DNA of 64,000 bases from Firmicutes bacterium CAG:321_26_22 (GTDB lineage Bacteria > Bacillota_I > Bacilli_A > RF39 > UBA660). Below, in pieces: positions 28,553 to 37,982 of the stretch. A program made the position numbers and the translations under genes. The DNA lies in the NCBI GenBank assembly GCA_001916775.1, contig MNTB01000034.1, positions 3,478 through 67,477 of the forward strand, written 5' to 3'. Position 1 is the first letter of the stretch, and each line of letters begins with the position of its first letter. The notes under the pieces are model-generated. The model made no database searches. It saw only the letters and a list, made by a program, of their open reading frames with translations, and was not told the DNA's origin.

Positions 28553-28735
28553 ATGTATAATAGAAGAATGGTTTATCCTTATCGTAATGATAGATTTGTT
28601 GGTAGTTTTGCCGCTCCATTTATATTAGGAGGTATAACTGGAGGATTATTAGCTCCTGCCTTTTATCCTAGACCATATCCATATCCTGTATATTATGGAC
28701 CAAGACCACCATATGGACCATATCCTTACTACTAA
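28553..28735 (+). CDS. small Pro/Tyr/Gly-rich protein (possible spore-coat-like small protein)
   Basis: 60-aa ORF with RBS AGAGGAG and its own terminator (28736-28758). Composition ...YPRPYPYPVYYGPRPPYGPYPYY. Confidence 0.45.
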   Translation: MYNRRMVYPYRNDRFVGSFAAPFILGGITGGLLAPAFYPRPYPYPVYYGPRPPYGPYPYY

Positions 28736-28758
28736 AACACCAAAAAGGGTGTTTTTTT
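28736..28758 (+). terminator. intrinsic terminator AACACC-AAAAAG-GGUGUU-U7
   Basis: Perfect 6-bp stem plus a U-run directly after the stop of the small Pro/Tyr-rich ORF. Confidence 0.55.
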
Positions 28759-28784
28759 ACTTAAATATATGATAAAATAAGATT

Positions 28785-29093
28785 ATGAAGAAATTTAATA
28801 TGATTGATGAAAGTTTTATTTGCGAAAATTGTGGTAAAAAAGTAACTAAATTAGGTTATACTGCTAGAGATCATTGCCCTTTTTGTTTATATTCTAAACA
28901 TCTTGATATTAATCCTGGTGATAGAAGTTGTGAATGTCATGGTTTGATGAAACCTGTTGGTATTGAAAAATATAAAAACAGTTATAAAATTATTTATAAC
29001 TGTACTAAATGTCATCAATTACATAGAAATGTTATGGCAAGTGATGATGATTTTGATATGATAATAAAACTATCTAACGAAGTAAATCACTAA
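28785..29093 (+). CDS. RNHCP-domain (zinc-ribbon) protein
   Basis: ARDHCPFC...CECHGLM...CTKCH resembles the RNHCP Cys/His-rich domain; 102 aa. Confidence 0.55.
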   Translation: MKKFNMIDESFICENCGKKVTKLGYTARDHCPFCLYSKHLDINPGDRSCECHGLMKPVGIEKYKNSYKIIYNCTKCHQLHRNVMASDDDFDMIIKLSNEVNH

Positions 29094-29535
29094 TTATTGG
29101 TAATAGAAATATAAATATTAAAAGAATGACTACAATTAAGATAGCAATTTTAAACTCTGGACCTATCGTAATAGATATGGTCTTTTTTTTAGGTTTATTA
29201 TTTGTTGCTACATAAGTTCTATTTATATTACTAGTACTTACTGTAGTTGTGTAATTGTTTTGATTATTTGGTATTTGTTCATTATTTGTTTGATTTATAT
29301 TATTTGTATTCATGATATTAGTTTGAGGGTTATTAGTAACATTAGTTTGATTAACATTATTTGTTGGTTGAATATTTTGATTTGGTTGATAATTGTCAGC
29401 TGAATTCATTGTTTTTATGTTCATGTTCATTGTGTCATTTATATTAACTGTTGGGTTACTAATAATAGTATTTAAGTTATTAGCAGAAGCTTTATAAACT
29501 TCTACATTTTTATCAGAAGTGTTATTTTCATTCAT
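29074..29535 (-). CDS. hypothetical Asn/Thr-rich protein with C-terminal TM anchor
   Basis: Low-complexity N/T/Q-rich sequence ending in the hydrophobic IAILIVVILLIFIFLLPII. Confidence 0.35.
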   Translation of the reverse strand: MNENNTSDKNVEVYKASANNLNTIISNPTVNINDTMNMNIKTMNSADNYQPNQNIQPTNNVNQTNVTNNPQTNIMNTNNINQTNNEQIPNNQNNYTTTVSTSNINRTYVATNNKPKKKTISITIGPEFKIAILIVVILLIFIFLLPIISDLLR

Positions 29536-29581
29536 ACTATTGCTCCTTTTCTAAGTAAAAGATTTAGGATGTTCCTAAATC

Positions 29582-30667
29582 TTATAGTCTCCAATTGTCA
29601 TTGTTTGGTATATTTTGATTTCCTGTAAAAGGCATTCCATTTTGATTATTCATTTGATTTGAAAAGTTTTGATTAGGCTGCATATTTATATTTGGAATAC
29701 TATTATTCATATTAGGATTAATATTAGGTACTTGTTCCATATTTGGTGTTGGCATTCCTTGATTTACATTTTCCATCATTGGATTTACATTTTGTACTTC
29801 TTGATTTGGTGTTACAGGAATATTTGGTTGAATATTATTATATGTAGGTATATTATTTTCAACCGGTTGTGCACTATTTATTTGTGGGCCAAAACTATTC
29901 ATATTATTTACTTGTGCTTGATTTGTTTCAGGTAATGGCATATTGTTTTGTGGCATTGCTGGTTGTACATTACTATTTAATCCATTATTTAACATCTCAT
30001 TTGGGTTAATGTTATTATTCATTACTTGTGATACTTCTGGTATTGGATTTTGAATAGCAGGAGTTGGTTCTACTACTGGAGTTGGTATATTTGGAGTTAC
30101 TCCTACCATATTATTATTCATATTACTATTTGAATTATTCATAATTGGTGTACTTTGTACTGGTTTTGGTTCAAATGTTGGTGTTTGACTTGATAGTGGA
30201 TTAAAGAAACTATCATTATTTTCATTAGTGTTGGTGGTATTATTTAAACCATTTGGTACACTAGTAACCTCTGGATTTGATGGCATACTATTCATATTAT
30301 TCATCATATTATTATCGATGTTTTGGTTATCCATCATATTATTAAATTGATTGTTCATCATGTTGTTATTCATACTTTGATTATCCATCATGTTATTGAA
30401 TTGATTATTCATCATATTATTATTCATGTTTTGATTAAACATATTATTAGTATTTGGATTATTTATATCAAAATTATTTGGATTCATATTATTCATACCA
30501 TTCATGTTATTTTGATTAACATTGTTGTCTTCAGCGTTAACTTTTGCTCTCATTTTTTTCTTTTTCTTAGTATCTACTAAAAAACCAACTACTGTAATGA
30601 GTAAAATTACTATTACAACTAAAAACCAAATATAATATTCTAACAAAAAATCTACTACTGTTTGCAT
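29582..30667 (-). CDS. hypothetical N-terminally membrane-anchored Asn/Met/Gln-rich low-complexity (prion-like) protein with internal repeats
   Basis: N-terminal TM, poly-K, then N/M/Q/P-rich sequence with repeated NNQFNNMMDNQ.. units encoded by a ~54-bp tandem DNA repeat at 30331-30438. Confidence 0.4.
   Translation of the reverse strand: MQTVVDFLLEYYIWFLVVIVILLITVVGFLVDTKKKKKMRAKVNAEDNNVNQNNMNGMNNMNPNNFDINNPNTNNMFNQNMNNNMMNNQFNNMMDNQSMNNNMMNNQFNNMMDNQNIDNNMMNNMNSMPSNPEVTSVPNGLNNTTNTNENNDSFFNPLSSQTPTFEPKPVQSTPIMNNSNSNMNNNMVGVTPNIPTPVVEPTPAIQNPIPEVSQVMNNNINPNEMLNNGLNSNVQPAMPQNNMPLPETNQAQVNNMNSFGPQINSAQPVENNIPTYNNIQPNIPVTPNQEVQNVNPMMENVNQGMPTPNMEQVPNINPNMNNSIPNINMQPNQNFSNQMNNQNGMPFTGNQNIPNNDNWRL
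30331..30438. repeat. ~54-bp imperfect tandem repeat x2 inside the N/M-rich ORF
   Basis: ccatcatattattaaattgattgttcatcatgttgttattcatactttgattat / ccatcatgttattgaattgattattcatcatattattattcatgttttgatta. Confidence 0.6.
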
Positions 30668-30733
30668 TTTAAATTTCCTCCCTATTTACTCTATATTTAG
30701 AATAGCACATTTTTTTTTAAAAATCAATAAACT

Positions 30734-32437
30734 TTAAAATTTTTCTGCAATATTTTTATCTATAAAACTTAAACTTTTAACTGATAAGTCTAGTGATTCT
30801 TTATATTTTCCTCTTTTGAATAACTCTTCTGCTTTATTAAGGGCTATATCTATTTCCTCATAACTACTTCTATAACGATTACCATAAATTATAATTTTTT
30901 CAGACATACTAGCAATCTTAATCATATCATTAGTCTTATTATATATTTTAAAAACCAAATCTCTAGCAGTATCTACCCTTATATTAAGTATCTTAATAAC
31001 AATTGGTTTTCTATCTAATTCCTTAATAATTTCTCTAATAGCATCTTGAGCCTCAGTAAGTTCAATATAATAACTACTAGGTATTACTGGTATTTTATAA
31101 TCTTTTAGTCTATATTTAGCTTTCTTAAGTAAGTTTTCAATCGTAGCAAGCTGTTCTCTTGCTCTTGTTTCATCATCTTTCATACTAGTAATTGATCTAA
31201 GTTGAAAATCCAAATCATCTTGTAATCTAGATAACTTAAGTGATAAACCATTTAATTCATCTACTAATTTAGAATAAGCAAATGTTTTCATTTTACCCTG
31301 ATCAACTAATATTTTATAATCTTGATTAATTTTTTCTAAATTCTTATTAAGAATACTAAATTTATTAATATCTTCATCAGATAAATTATAATTATATTTA
31401 ATATCATCTATCTGAAGATAAATATCTCTAACAACTTTATTAATATTATCTATCTTATAACTAAAATCTTTAATATTTTGTCTAAATAAATCCTTACATT
31501 CTTTTTCTTTATCAAAATCATTATATAATTCATTAAAATATTCAATAAAAGTTTTTAATTCTATTATAGATTCTCCTAATTCTAATTTCTTTAAATTTTC
31601 CATAATATTATCTATCTTATTTTTTATTTCTTTAATATTATATTCAACATTTAAATAATCAAGTGGATAACCATCTCTTTTCATACGATAATAGTAGGTT
31701 ATAGCTTCATCAATTTTATTTGGTACTAATACAGTAGCCATTAATACTATTGTAGGAATATCTTCAAGTAATTTACCTAATTTAGTTATTTTATCATCAA
31801 GTAAATTTATTTTCTTCTCTACTGATACATAATCATTATTATCCATAGCTTTCTCAAACTTAGCAAATAAATCATCAATATTATCTATTTCTTTTTCTAA
31901 ATAATCCGCTATTACACCATATTCTTTTTTTGATCTTTCAAATTTATTTTGATCTTCACGATATACTATTTTTAATTTAGTAATAAGAGCTCTATTTCTT
32001 TCTTCTGAATTAGTAATTAATTTAACTTCTTCAAGTAAATGATCTGTTTTCTTTTTCAAAGAATTTATTTCTATTTCAATATTTGTAATCTTTTTAACTG
32101 CTTGTTTATAATCTTTTCTATCAATCAAAAAATCAGCTTCTGATATTAAATCAGTAAGTTCAGGTATCTTTTCATCTCTAATTGTAGTAAAAGTATTATC
32201 CCAATCATCTAATTTATTTTTTAAATTATCTGTTTTTATAAGTTCTTTAACTTTAGTTATTTCACTAAGTACAGGTACTCCTATTAAATTATTTTTTCTT
32301 ATATCTAGTTCTTCTATTTCCTTTTTATACTTCTTATTCTGATTTCTTTTTATAATAACAATCGTAACTATAATAAGTATTACAGCCAATATAAAGGCAG
32401 ATATTGTAATTAAAAGAACACTATCCATTAATATCAC
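30734..32437 (-). CDS. ezrA: septation ring formation regulator EzrA
   Basis: Single N-terminal TM followed by a ~540-aa coiled-coil/spectrin-like region; the 567-aa size and architecture are typical of EzrA. Confidence 0.8.
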   Translation of the reverse strand: MILMDSVLLITISAFILAVILIIVTIVIIKRNQNKKYKKEIEELDIRKNNLIGVPVLSEITKVKELIKTDNLKNKLDDWDNTFTTIRDEKIPELTDLISEADFLIDRKDYKQAVKKITNIEIEINSLKKKTDHLLEEVKLITNSEERNRALITKLKIVYREDQNKFERSKKEYGVIADYLEKEIDNIDDLFAKFEKAMDNNDYVSVEKKINLLDDKITKLGKLLEDIPTIVLMATVLVPNKIDEAITYYYRMKRDGYPLDYLNVEYNIKEIKNKIDNIMENLKKLELGESIIELKTFIEYFNELYNDFDKEKECKDLFRQNIKDFSYKIDNINKVVRDIYLQIDDIKYNYNLSDEDINKFSILNKNLEKINQDYKILVDQGKMKTFAYSKLVDELNGLSLKLSRLQDDLDFQLRSITSMKDDETRAREQLATIENLLKKAKYRLKDYKIPVIPSSYYIELTEAQDAIREIIKELDRKPIVIKILNIRVDTARDLVFKIYNKTNDMIKIASMSEKIIIYGNRYRSSYEEIDIALNKAEELFKRGKYKESLDLSVKSLSFIDKNIAEKF

Positions 32438-32579
32438 CTTTCCTACTCATAATATATTCTACCACATTTTTTTATATTTTAAAATTGTTTTTGTAATAAA
32501 AATATTTTTTTTTAAAAAGTGTATATAAAAATCAAATATAAATATTGATATTTTTATAACTTTTTAGTATAATGTATAC

Positions 32580-32682
32580 AGGAAGAGAAATTTATCCATA
32601 ATAAAAATGGGTAACACCTAGTTCCAAAAGGTGTTCTCTCCGTAAGTAGATTACGAAGCACCCCCCTGTGGTGCTTCTTTTG
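32580..32682 (+). ncRNA. candidate type I antitoxin sRNA (convergent to and overlapping the 3' UTR of the small toxin ORF)
   Basis: Promoter TTGATA (32545-32550) - 17 nt - TATAAT (32568-32573). Hairpins AACACC..GGUGUU and CGUAA..UUACG, and terminator GAAGCACC-CCCCUGU-GGUGCUUC-UUUUG ending 2 nt before the toxin stop codon. No ORF. Confidence 0.4.
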
Positions 32683-32683
32683 T

Positions 32684-32761
32684 CTATTTTCTATGCATCA
32701 TATTGCCTATATAGACAATAGTGATAAGAGTAATCCAAGCAAATGCAAGGACTAGTTCCAT
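32684..32761 (-). CDS. candidate type I toxin: 25-aa hydrophobic peptide MELVLAFAWITLITIVYIGNMMHRK
   Basis: GGAGG RBS 9 nt upstream of the ATG. Single predicted TM helix plus a basic C-terminus. Own promoter TTGACT (rc 32903-32908) - 17 nt - TACAAT (rc 32880-32885) with a ~110-nt 5' UTR. 3' UTR fully antisense to the plus-strand sRNA. Confidence 0.4.
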   Translation of the reverse strand: MELVLAFAWITLITIVYIGNMMHRK

Positions 32762-33043
32762 TACTCAAACCTCCAACCCCCTAAGAAGTAAAAAAGTTCT
32801 TTCATCATAGACGTCACCCCTTTCTCTTAGGAATACTAAGAAATTGGAGAGAATACACCATGTAAGTGTTACCTAAATAATTGTACTATAGTTTCACTTA
32901 ATAGTCAATATAATATGGCTATTTATTTTTATTTTATATATACATACAAATGTATATATTACTATCATAAGAAAGGCATTAGACTTTCTTATGATATAAA
33001 AGACCTATAAGAACTTATAACAAAAAACAAGATAAACCTTAGG

Positions 33044-34333
33044 TTATCTTGTCCATTCAAATTCAAAATCAAATATTCTAACAATATCCCCATCTTGAAT
33101 ACCCATTTTTTCTAATTCTTCATCAATACCCATTCTTCTAAGTTTATTAGAGAATCTCTCATATGCTTCTTCAGTATTAAAGTTAGTCATTCTAAATAGT
33201 TTTTCAACAGCATCACCTTTAATAACATAAACATCTTTATCCTTAATAATAGTAAAAGGTTTTTCTTTCTTAAATTTATATAAAACATGACTTTCTACTA
33301 CTTCATCATCATATAAATTAGTATCTTCAATAGATTTAGTAAGTTCAGATAATTTATTAATAACTTCATCTAAACCTTCATTAATTAAAGCAGTAACTTC
33401 AAAGATATTTTTATTTTTAATCTTCTTTTTAAATTCTTCTAAATTCTCTTTAGCCTTATCTCCATCCATCTTATTAGCTATAATAATCTCTTCTTTAGTT
33501 AAAAGTTTAGGACTAAAAGATTCTAATTCTTTTCTAATAGCAACATAATCATCATAAGGATCTCTACCTTCAGTACCAGCCATATCTATAACATGAGCAA
33601 TTATCTTAGTTCTCTCAACATGTTTTAAAAATTTATGTCCTAAACCTACTCCTTCACTAGCTCCTTCAATTAAACCAGGAAGATCCGCTACTACGAAAGT
33701 ATTGTCTTTAGTCTTAACTACTCCTAGATTAGGAGATAAAGTAGTAAAATGATAGTCTGCTATTTTAGGATTAGCATTAGATATCATAGAAAGAATAGTA
33801 CTCTTACCAACCGAAGGCATACCAACTAGTCCAACATCTGCAATCATACGAAGCTCAACTTTAATATTTCTAACTTCACCAGGTTCTCCATTCTCGGCAT
33901 ACGATGGACAAGGATTATTACGAGAAGATAAACTTACATTACCTCTACCTCCTCTACCACCATAAGCAATCGTAGCCATTTCACCATTTCTAGTAAGATC
34001 CGCTATTACAACACCAGTATCAGCATCTTTAACCGTAGTTCCAACTGGTACTTTTACTATTAAATCTTCACTATTACTACCATATTTATTTTTACCTTCA
34101 CCATTTTCCCCATTATTTCCTTTTATTTTCTTTTGATATCTTAAATCTATTAATGTTTTTAATCCTTCATCAGCTTTAAAGATAATGTCAGCTCCTTTAC
34201 CACCATTACCTCCAAATGGTCCCCCCATTGGTACACAAGCTTCTCTTCTATAAGCCATACAACCATTGCCACCATTTCCAGCTTGAACATTAATTAATAC
34301 CTCATCTACAAACATATTATCATCTTCCTTCAT
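33044..34333 (-). CDS. obg: GTPase Obg
   Basis: Obg-fold N-terminus MFVDEV.I.VQAGNGGNGC..YRRE..VP.GGP.GG.GG.G plus G-domain motifs; the likely true start is the internal MFVDE. Confidence 0.9.
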   Translation of the reverse strand: MKEDDNMFVDEVLINVQAGNGGNGCMAYRREACVPMGGPFGGNGGKGADIIFKADEGLKTLIDLRYQKKIKGNNGENGEGKNKYGSNSEDLIVKVPVGTTVKDADTGVVIADLTRNGEMATIAYGGRGGRGNVSLSSRNNPCPSYAENGEPGEVRNIKVELRMIADVGLVGMPSVGKSTILSMISNANPKIADYHFTTLSPNLGVVKTKDNTFVVADLPGLIEGASEGVGLGHKFLKHVERTKIIAHVIDMAGTEGRDPYDDYVAIRKELESFSPKLLTKEEIIIANKMDGDKAKENLEEFKKKIKNKNIFEVTALINEGLDEVINKLSELTKSIEDTNLYDDEVVESHVLYKFKKEKPFTIIKDKDVYVIKGDAVEKLFRMTNFNTEEAYERFSNKLRRMGIDEELEKMGIQDGDIVRIFDFEFEWTR

Positions 34334-34407
34334 ACTTAACTTTGAATATTACTACTAGTACTAATATAATTATTAAAGCTATATAAATACCACTTACCCA
34401 TAATATT

Positions 34408-36723
34408 CTAAGATAATTTATTTTCTTTTTTTCTTTTTTCATTTTTTACCTCTTTTATCTTTATTATTATTTTATCAAATAATTCACTTAAAAAATCAAT
34501 TATATAAGTATCAACAAAGGCAAGTAACAAAATAAAAACAATACTTACTATACCAAATTTTGAAACTAAAAACAAGTCAGGAAGCAAAATTAATAGTTCA
34601 AAAAAGGAAATTGTACAAAATATTAGTAATATTTTACGCCATAAATTAAGTGGTTTACATATTGTATATAAAAGTCTCAACGTAATAAAACCAGTTAATG
34701 TTACTACTACTAAACGATAATTCTCAAAGTTTTTATTAAATATTGTACAAAACATTATTATAATAAAGATATTTAACACAACAGTTATTCCATTAGGCAC
34801 AGCATTTCTAAATACTTTAGCAATAAAATCTTTATCTACTTTATTATAATTAGGTTCTAAAGCTAAAAAGAATGACGGTATACCTACACATACTGAACTA
34901 ATTAAGGATAATTGAATTGGATAAAAAGGATATTCATGAGATAATCCAATTGATAAAAGACATAGCAAAAATGAATATGTTGTCTTTATTAAATACATTG
35001 AAGCTACTCTCTCAATATTATTTACTACTCTTCTACCTTCATTAACAATACTAGGAAGAACACTAAAGTCATCAGTTTTTAAAACAACATCAGATACACT
35101 TCTAGCAGCACTCACTCCACTACCAAGAGCAATACCACAGTCAGCCTCTTTTAAAGCAAGAATATCATTAACACCATCTCCTATCATACCAACAGTATTA
35201 TTTTCTTTCAAAGCCTTAATAACCATTTGTTTCTGCATAGGAGTCATTCTACCAAAGATTGTTTTCTCTTTAACTACTTCTACTAACTCATTATAATCTT
35301 TAGGTAAATCTTTTCCTTCGATATATCTATCATAGCCTTCAAAATCTAATTGTCTTAATATATTAGATACAGTACTAGGATTATCTCCAGATATTATTTT
35401 AATTTCTACTTGTTGTTCTTTAAAATAACGTAAAGTATCTCCAGCATTACTTCTAATATTATCTTTTATTACAATAAAACCAATTACTTCTAATTTATTC
35501 TTTTCTTTAGCTAAAGTAATTATTCTATAACCTTTCTTTACATACTTATCTAGTTCCGGATAATCACTAATACTCTTATCAGTAATATATTCTAAAGCAC
35601 CCAAATAATATTTAACTCCCTCAATTATAGTAATACTACACTTTTTAGCAGAACTAAATGGTATTCTATCTTCTACTTTTAAATTATCTTTAACACCAAA
35701 TTTATTCTTTAAAGCCTTATCAGTAGAATTATTAGCATCATTAGTATTAATATTAGCAATAATATCTTCAATATTATCTTTATCATTTAATTTAATTAAT
35801 TCTACTACTTCCATAGTACCATCAGTAATAGTACCAGTCTTATCTAAACATAATACATCAACACATGATAATATCTCTATACCATGTAACTTCTCTATAA
35901 TAACATTCTTTTTAGCCATCTTAACAACACCTGCCGTTAAAGCAATTGAAGTAAGAAGTACTAATCCCTCTGGTATCATACCAATAATACCCGCTACTGT
36001 CGATAAAATAGCTTCATTATAAGATTGTCCACTATAAAAATATTGACTAACAAATAATAGTATTCCCACTGGTACTATTAAAAAAGTAATTATCTTTAAT
36101 ATCTTATTAATAGTATTTTGTAAATATGAAGAATTATCTTTAATAGAAGTAGCCTCTTTAATTAAATTATTAGCATAATTATTCTTACCAACACTAATTA
36201 CTTTAGCATAAGCACTACCACTAGTAACTATTGAACCAGACATAATCTTATCATCTTTTCTCTTAATAATAGCATCAGATTCCCCAGTAATAACAGATTC
36301 ATCTACTTCTAAACTACTAGACTTCATAACAACCATATCTACTAATGCCGATTCACCACTAGTAAGATAAATAATATCATCCATAACAATCTTTTCTTTA
36401 GGTATCTCTATCTTTTTACCTTCTCTTACTACTGTTACAGTATCTTGATCTGTTACCTTTAATTTTTCTAATATTTTCTTTGATTTAAACTCTTGATATA
36501 TAGCAATAACCGTATTAAATATTACCGTACCAACAAACAAACAATTTTGAAGTGATCCAGTTGTTAATACTAACACTAATAAAGAAATATTTAATATATT
36601 AAATAGTGTTATAGTATTAGATAAAATTATTTGTTTAGTTGTTCTAGTATACTTAACTTTCTCCTCATTACTTAAACCATTATTCTCTCTATATTCTACT
36701 TCTTGTCTATTTAAACCTTCCAT
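34408..36723 (-). CDS. P-type (HAD superfamily) cation-transporting ATPase
   Basis: Phosphorylation motif CLDKTGTITDG and hinge GDGVNDILALKEADCGIALG, with 8-10 TM segments. Confidence 0.85.
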   Translation of the reverse strand: MEGLNRQEVEYRENNGLSNEEKVKYTRTTKQIILSNTITLFNILNISLLVLVLTTGSLQNCLFVGTVIFNTVIAIYQEFKSKKILEKLKVTDQDTVTVVREGKKIEIPKEKIVMDDIIYLTSGESALVDMVVMKSSSLEVDESVITGESDAIIKRKDDKIMSGSIVTSGSAYAKVISVGKNNYANNLIKEATSIKDNSSYLQNTINKILKIITFLIVPVGILLFVSQYFYSGQSYNEAILSTVAGIIGMIPEGLVLLTSIALTAGVVKMAKKNVIIEKLHGIEILSCVDVLCLDKTGTITDGTMEVVELIKLNDKDNIEDIIANINTNDANNSTDKALKNKFGVKDNLKVEDRIPFSSAKKCSITIIEGVKYYLGALEYITDKSISDYPELDKYVKKGYRIITLAKEKNKLEVIGFIVIKDNIRSNAGDTLRYFKEQQVEIKIISGDNPSTVSNILRQLDFEGYDRYIEGKDLPKDYNELVEVVKEKTIFGRMTPMQKQMVIKALKENNTVGMIGDGVNDILALKEADCGIALGSGVSAARSVSDVVLKTDDFSVLPSIVNEGRRVVNNIERVASMYLIKTTYSFLLCLLSIGLSHEYPFYPIQLSLISSVCVGIPSFFLALEPNYNKVDKDFIAKVFRNAVPNGITVVLNIFIIIMFCTIFNKNFENYRLVVVTLTGFITLRLLYTICKPLNLWRKILLIFCTISFFELLILLPDLFLVSKFGIVSIVFILLLAFVDTYIIDFLSELFDKIIIKIKEVKNEKRKKENKLS

Positions 36724-36758
36724 AGTTCCTCCTAGTTAAAAAGGGCTTAATAATGCCC

Positions 36759-37916
36759 TTATTTTCTATAATAATAAACTCCACTATCCATACCAGGAAA
36801 AGCCATAACATTTCTCGGATTAAATGAATAGTTATTAAAGAAAGTAGCATGATGACCACTAGCCATTCCTAAATGTAAATGAGCTCCAAAACTTACACCA
36901 GTATTTCCAACATAACCAATAACATCATCAGTTGTTACTGCTTTACCTTGATACATACCAGAAGCAAAACTATTCATATGCATATAAACAGTAGTATAAT
37001 CTACTCCATTAACATTATGATAAATATAAATAGCATTACCACCTCCAGATATCCAACCAATACGAGCAATAGTTCCTTTAGCAACAGGATATATAGGAGC
37101 ACCATATATATTAGGATGCCATAAATCTATACCATGATGATAACCACCAATATTAGGTCTCTCAAAAGCATACCCAGTATAATTATCACTAACAGTAAGA
37201 TAACTAAGTGGATATCTCCATCCAAAAGATACAGGAGTTGCTAAACAAGAACTAACATCTTGATTTAACTTACAACCCATTTTTTCATAGTAGGCAATCT
37301 CTTTCTTATAATCACGAATATCTTCTTCTATCGTAGATCCTTCTTTATCATAAGATTCAGCATTTGATTTTAAAGTAATCATCTTACTATTTAACTCACT
37401 ACTCTTAGCCTCAAGAGTACCCTGTTTACTAGCAAGTTCTTTCTTTTTATTTTCCAAAGTAGTAATTAACTCTTTTAATTCATCCATTAACTTAGTATTA
37501 TAATCAGTAAGTTGTGATACTACCGAATACCTATATATAAAATCAGTATAAGAATCAGCCTCAAATAAATATTCTAAGTAAACATTTTCTCCATTAGATA
37601 CTTGAAGAAACTTAAGTAACTCATCAGTTTCTTTACTCTTTTCTTCTATTTGCTTTTGACTACTTATAATATCATCTTCTGATTTCTTTATATCACTTTT
37701 TATCTTTGATATACTAGATATAATTGAAGCTATTTCATTATTTACAGCCTTAATCTCATTAGCATTCAACTCTTTCTTATTTTGATTATCTGAGTATTTC
37801 TTTTCCAAAGCCGCTAACTCATTTTTTAATTGCCCAAGTGTTTTAGCTTCTGCTTTATAACTAGGAATAAACACCATAGTCATTATTATAAATATAAATA
37901 ATATTTTTTTCTTCAT
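36759..37916 (-). CDS. secreted coiled-coil M23 family peptidoglycan metalloendopeptidase
   Basis: Signal peptide, ~200-aa coiled-coil, then C-terminal M23/LytM motifs HHGIDL...GNTGVSFGAHLHLG. Confidence 0.75.
   Translation of the reverse strand: MKKKILFIFIIMTMVFIPSYKAEAKTLGQLKNELAALEKKYSDNQNKKELNANEIKAVNNEIASIISSISKIKSDIKKSEDDIISSQKQIEEKSKETDELLKFLQVSNGENVYLEYLFEADSYTDFIYRYSVVSQLTDYNTKLMDELKELITTLENKKKELASKQGTLEAKSSELNSKMITLKSNAESYDKEGSTIEEDIRDYKKEIAYYEKMGCKLNQDVSSCLATPVSFGWRYPLSYLTVSDNYTGYAFERPNIGGYHHGIDLWHPNIYGAPIYPVAKGTIARIGWISGGGNAIYIYHNVNGVDYTTVYMHMNSFASGMYQGKAVTTDDVIGYVGNTGVSFGAHLHLGMASGHHATFFNNYSFNPRNVMAFPGMDSGVYYYRK
37505..37635. repeat. ~130-bp near-identical block shared with 38776-38905 (tandem M23 paralogs)
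   Basis: About 90% nucleotide identity between the two paralog genes over the coiled-coil-encoding block. Confidence 0.6.
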
Positions 37917-37982
37917 CTTATCACATCTTCCTAGAATAATTATATATTAAATGAATATTTTAGTCAATAATTTAATTCTATA

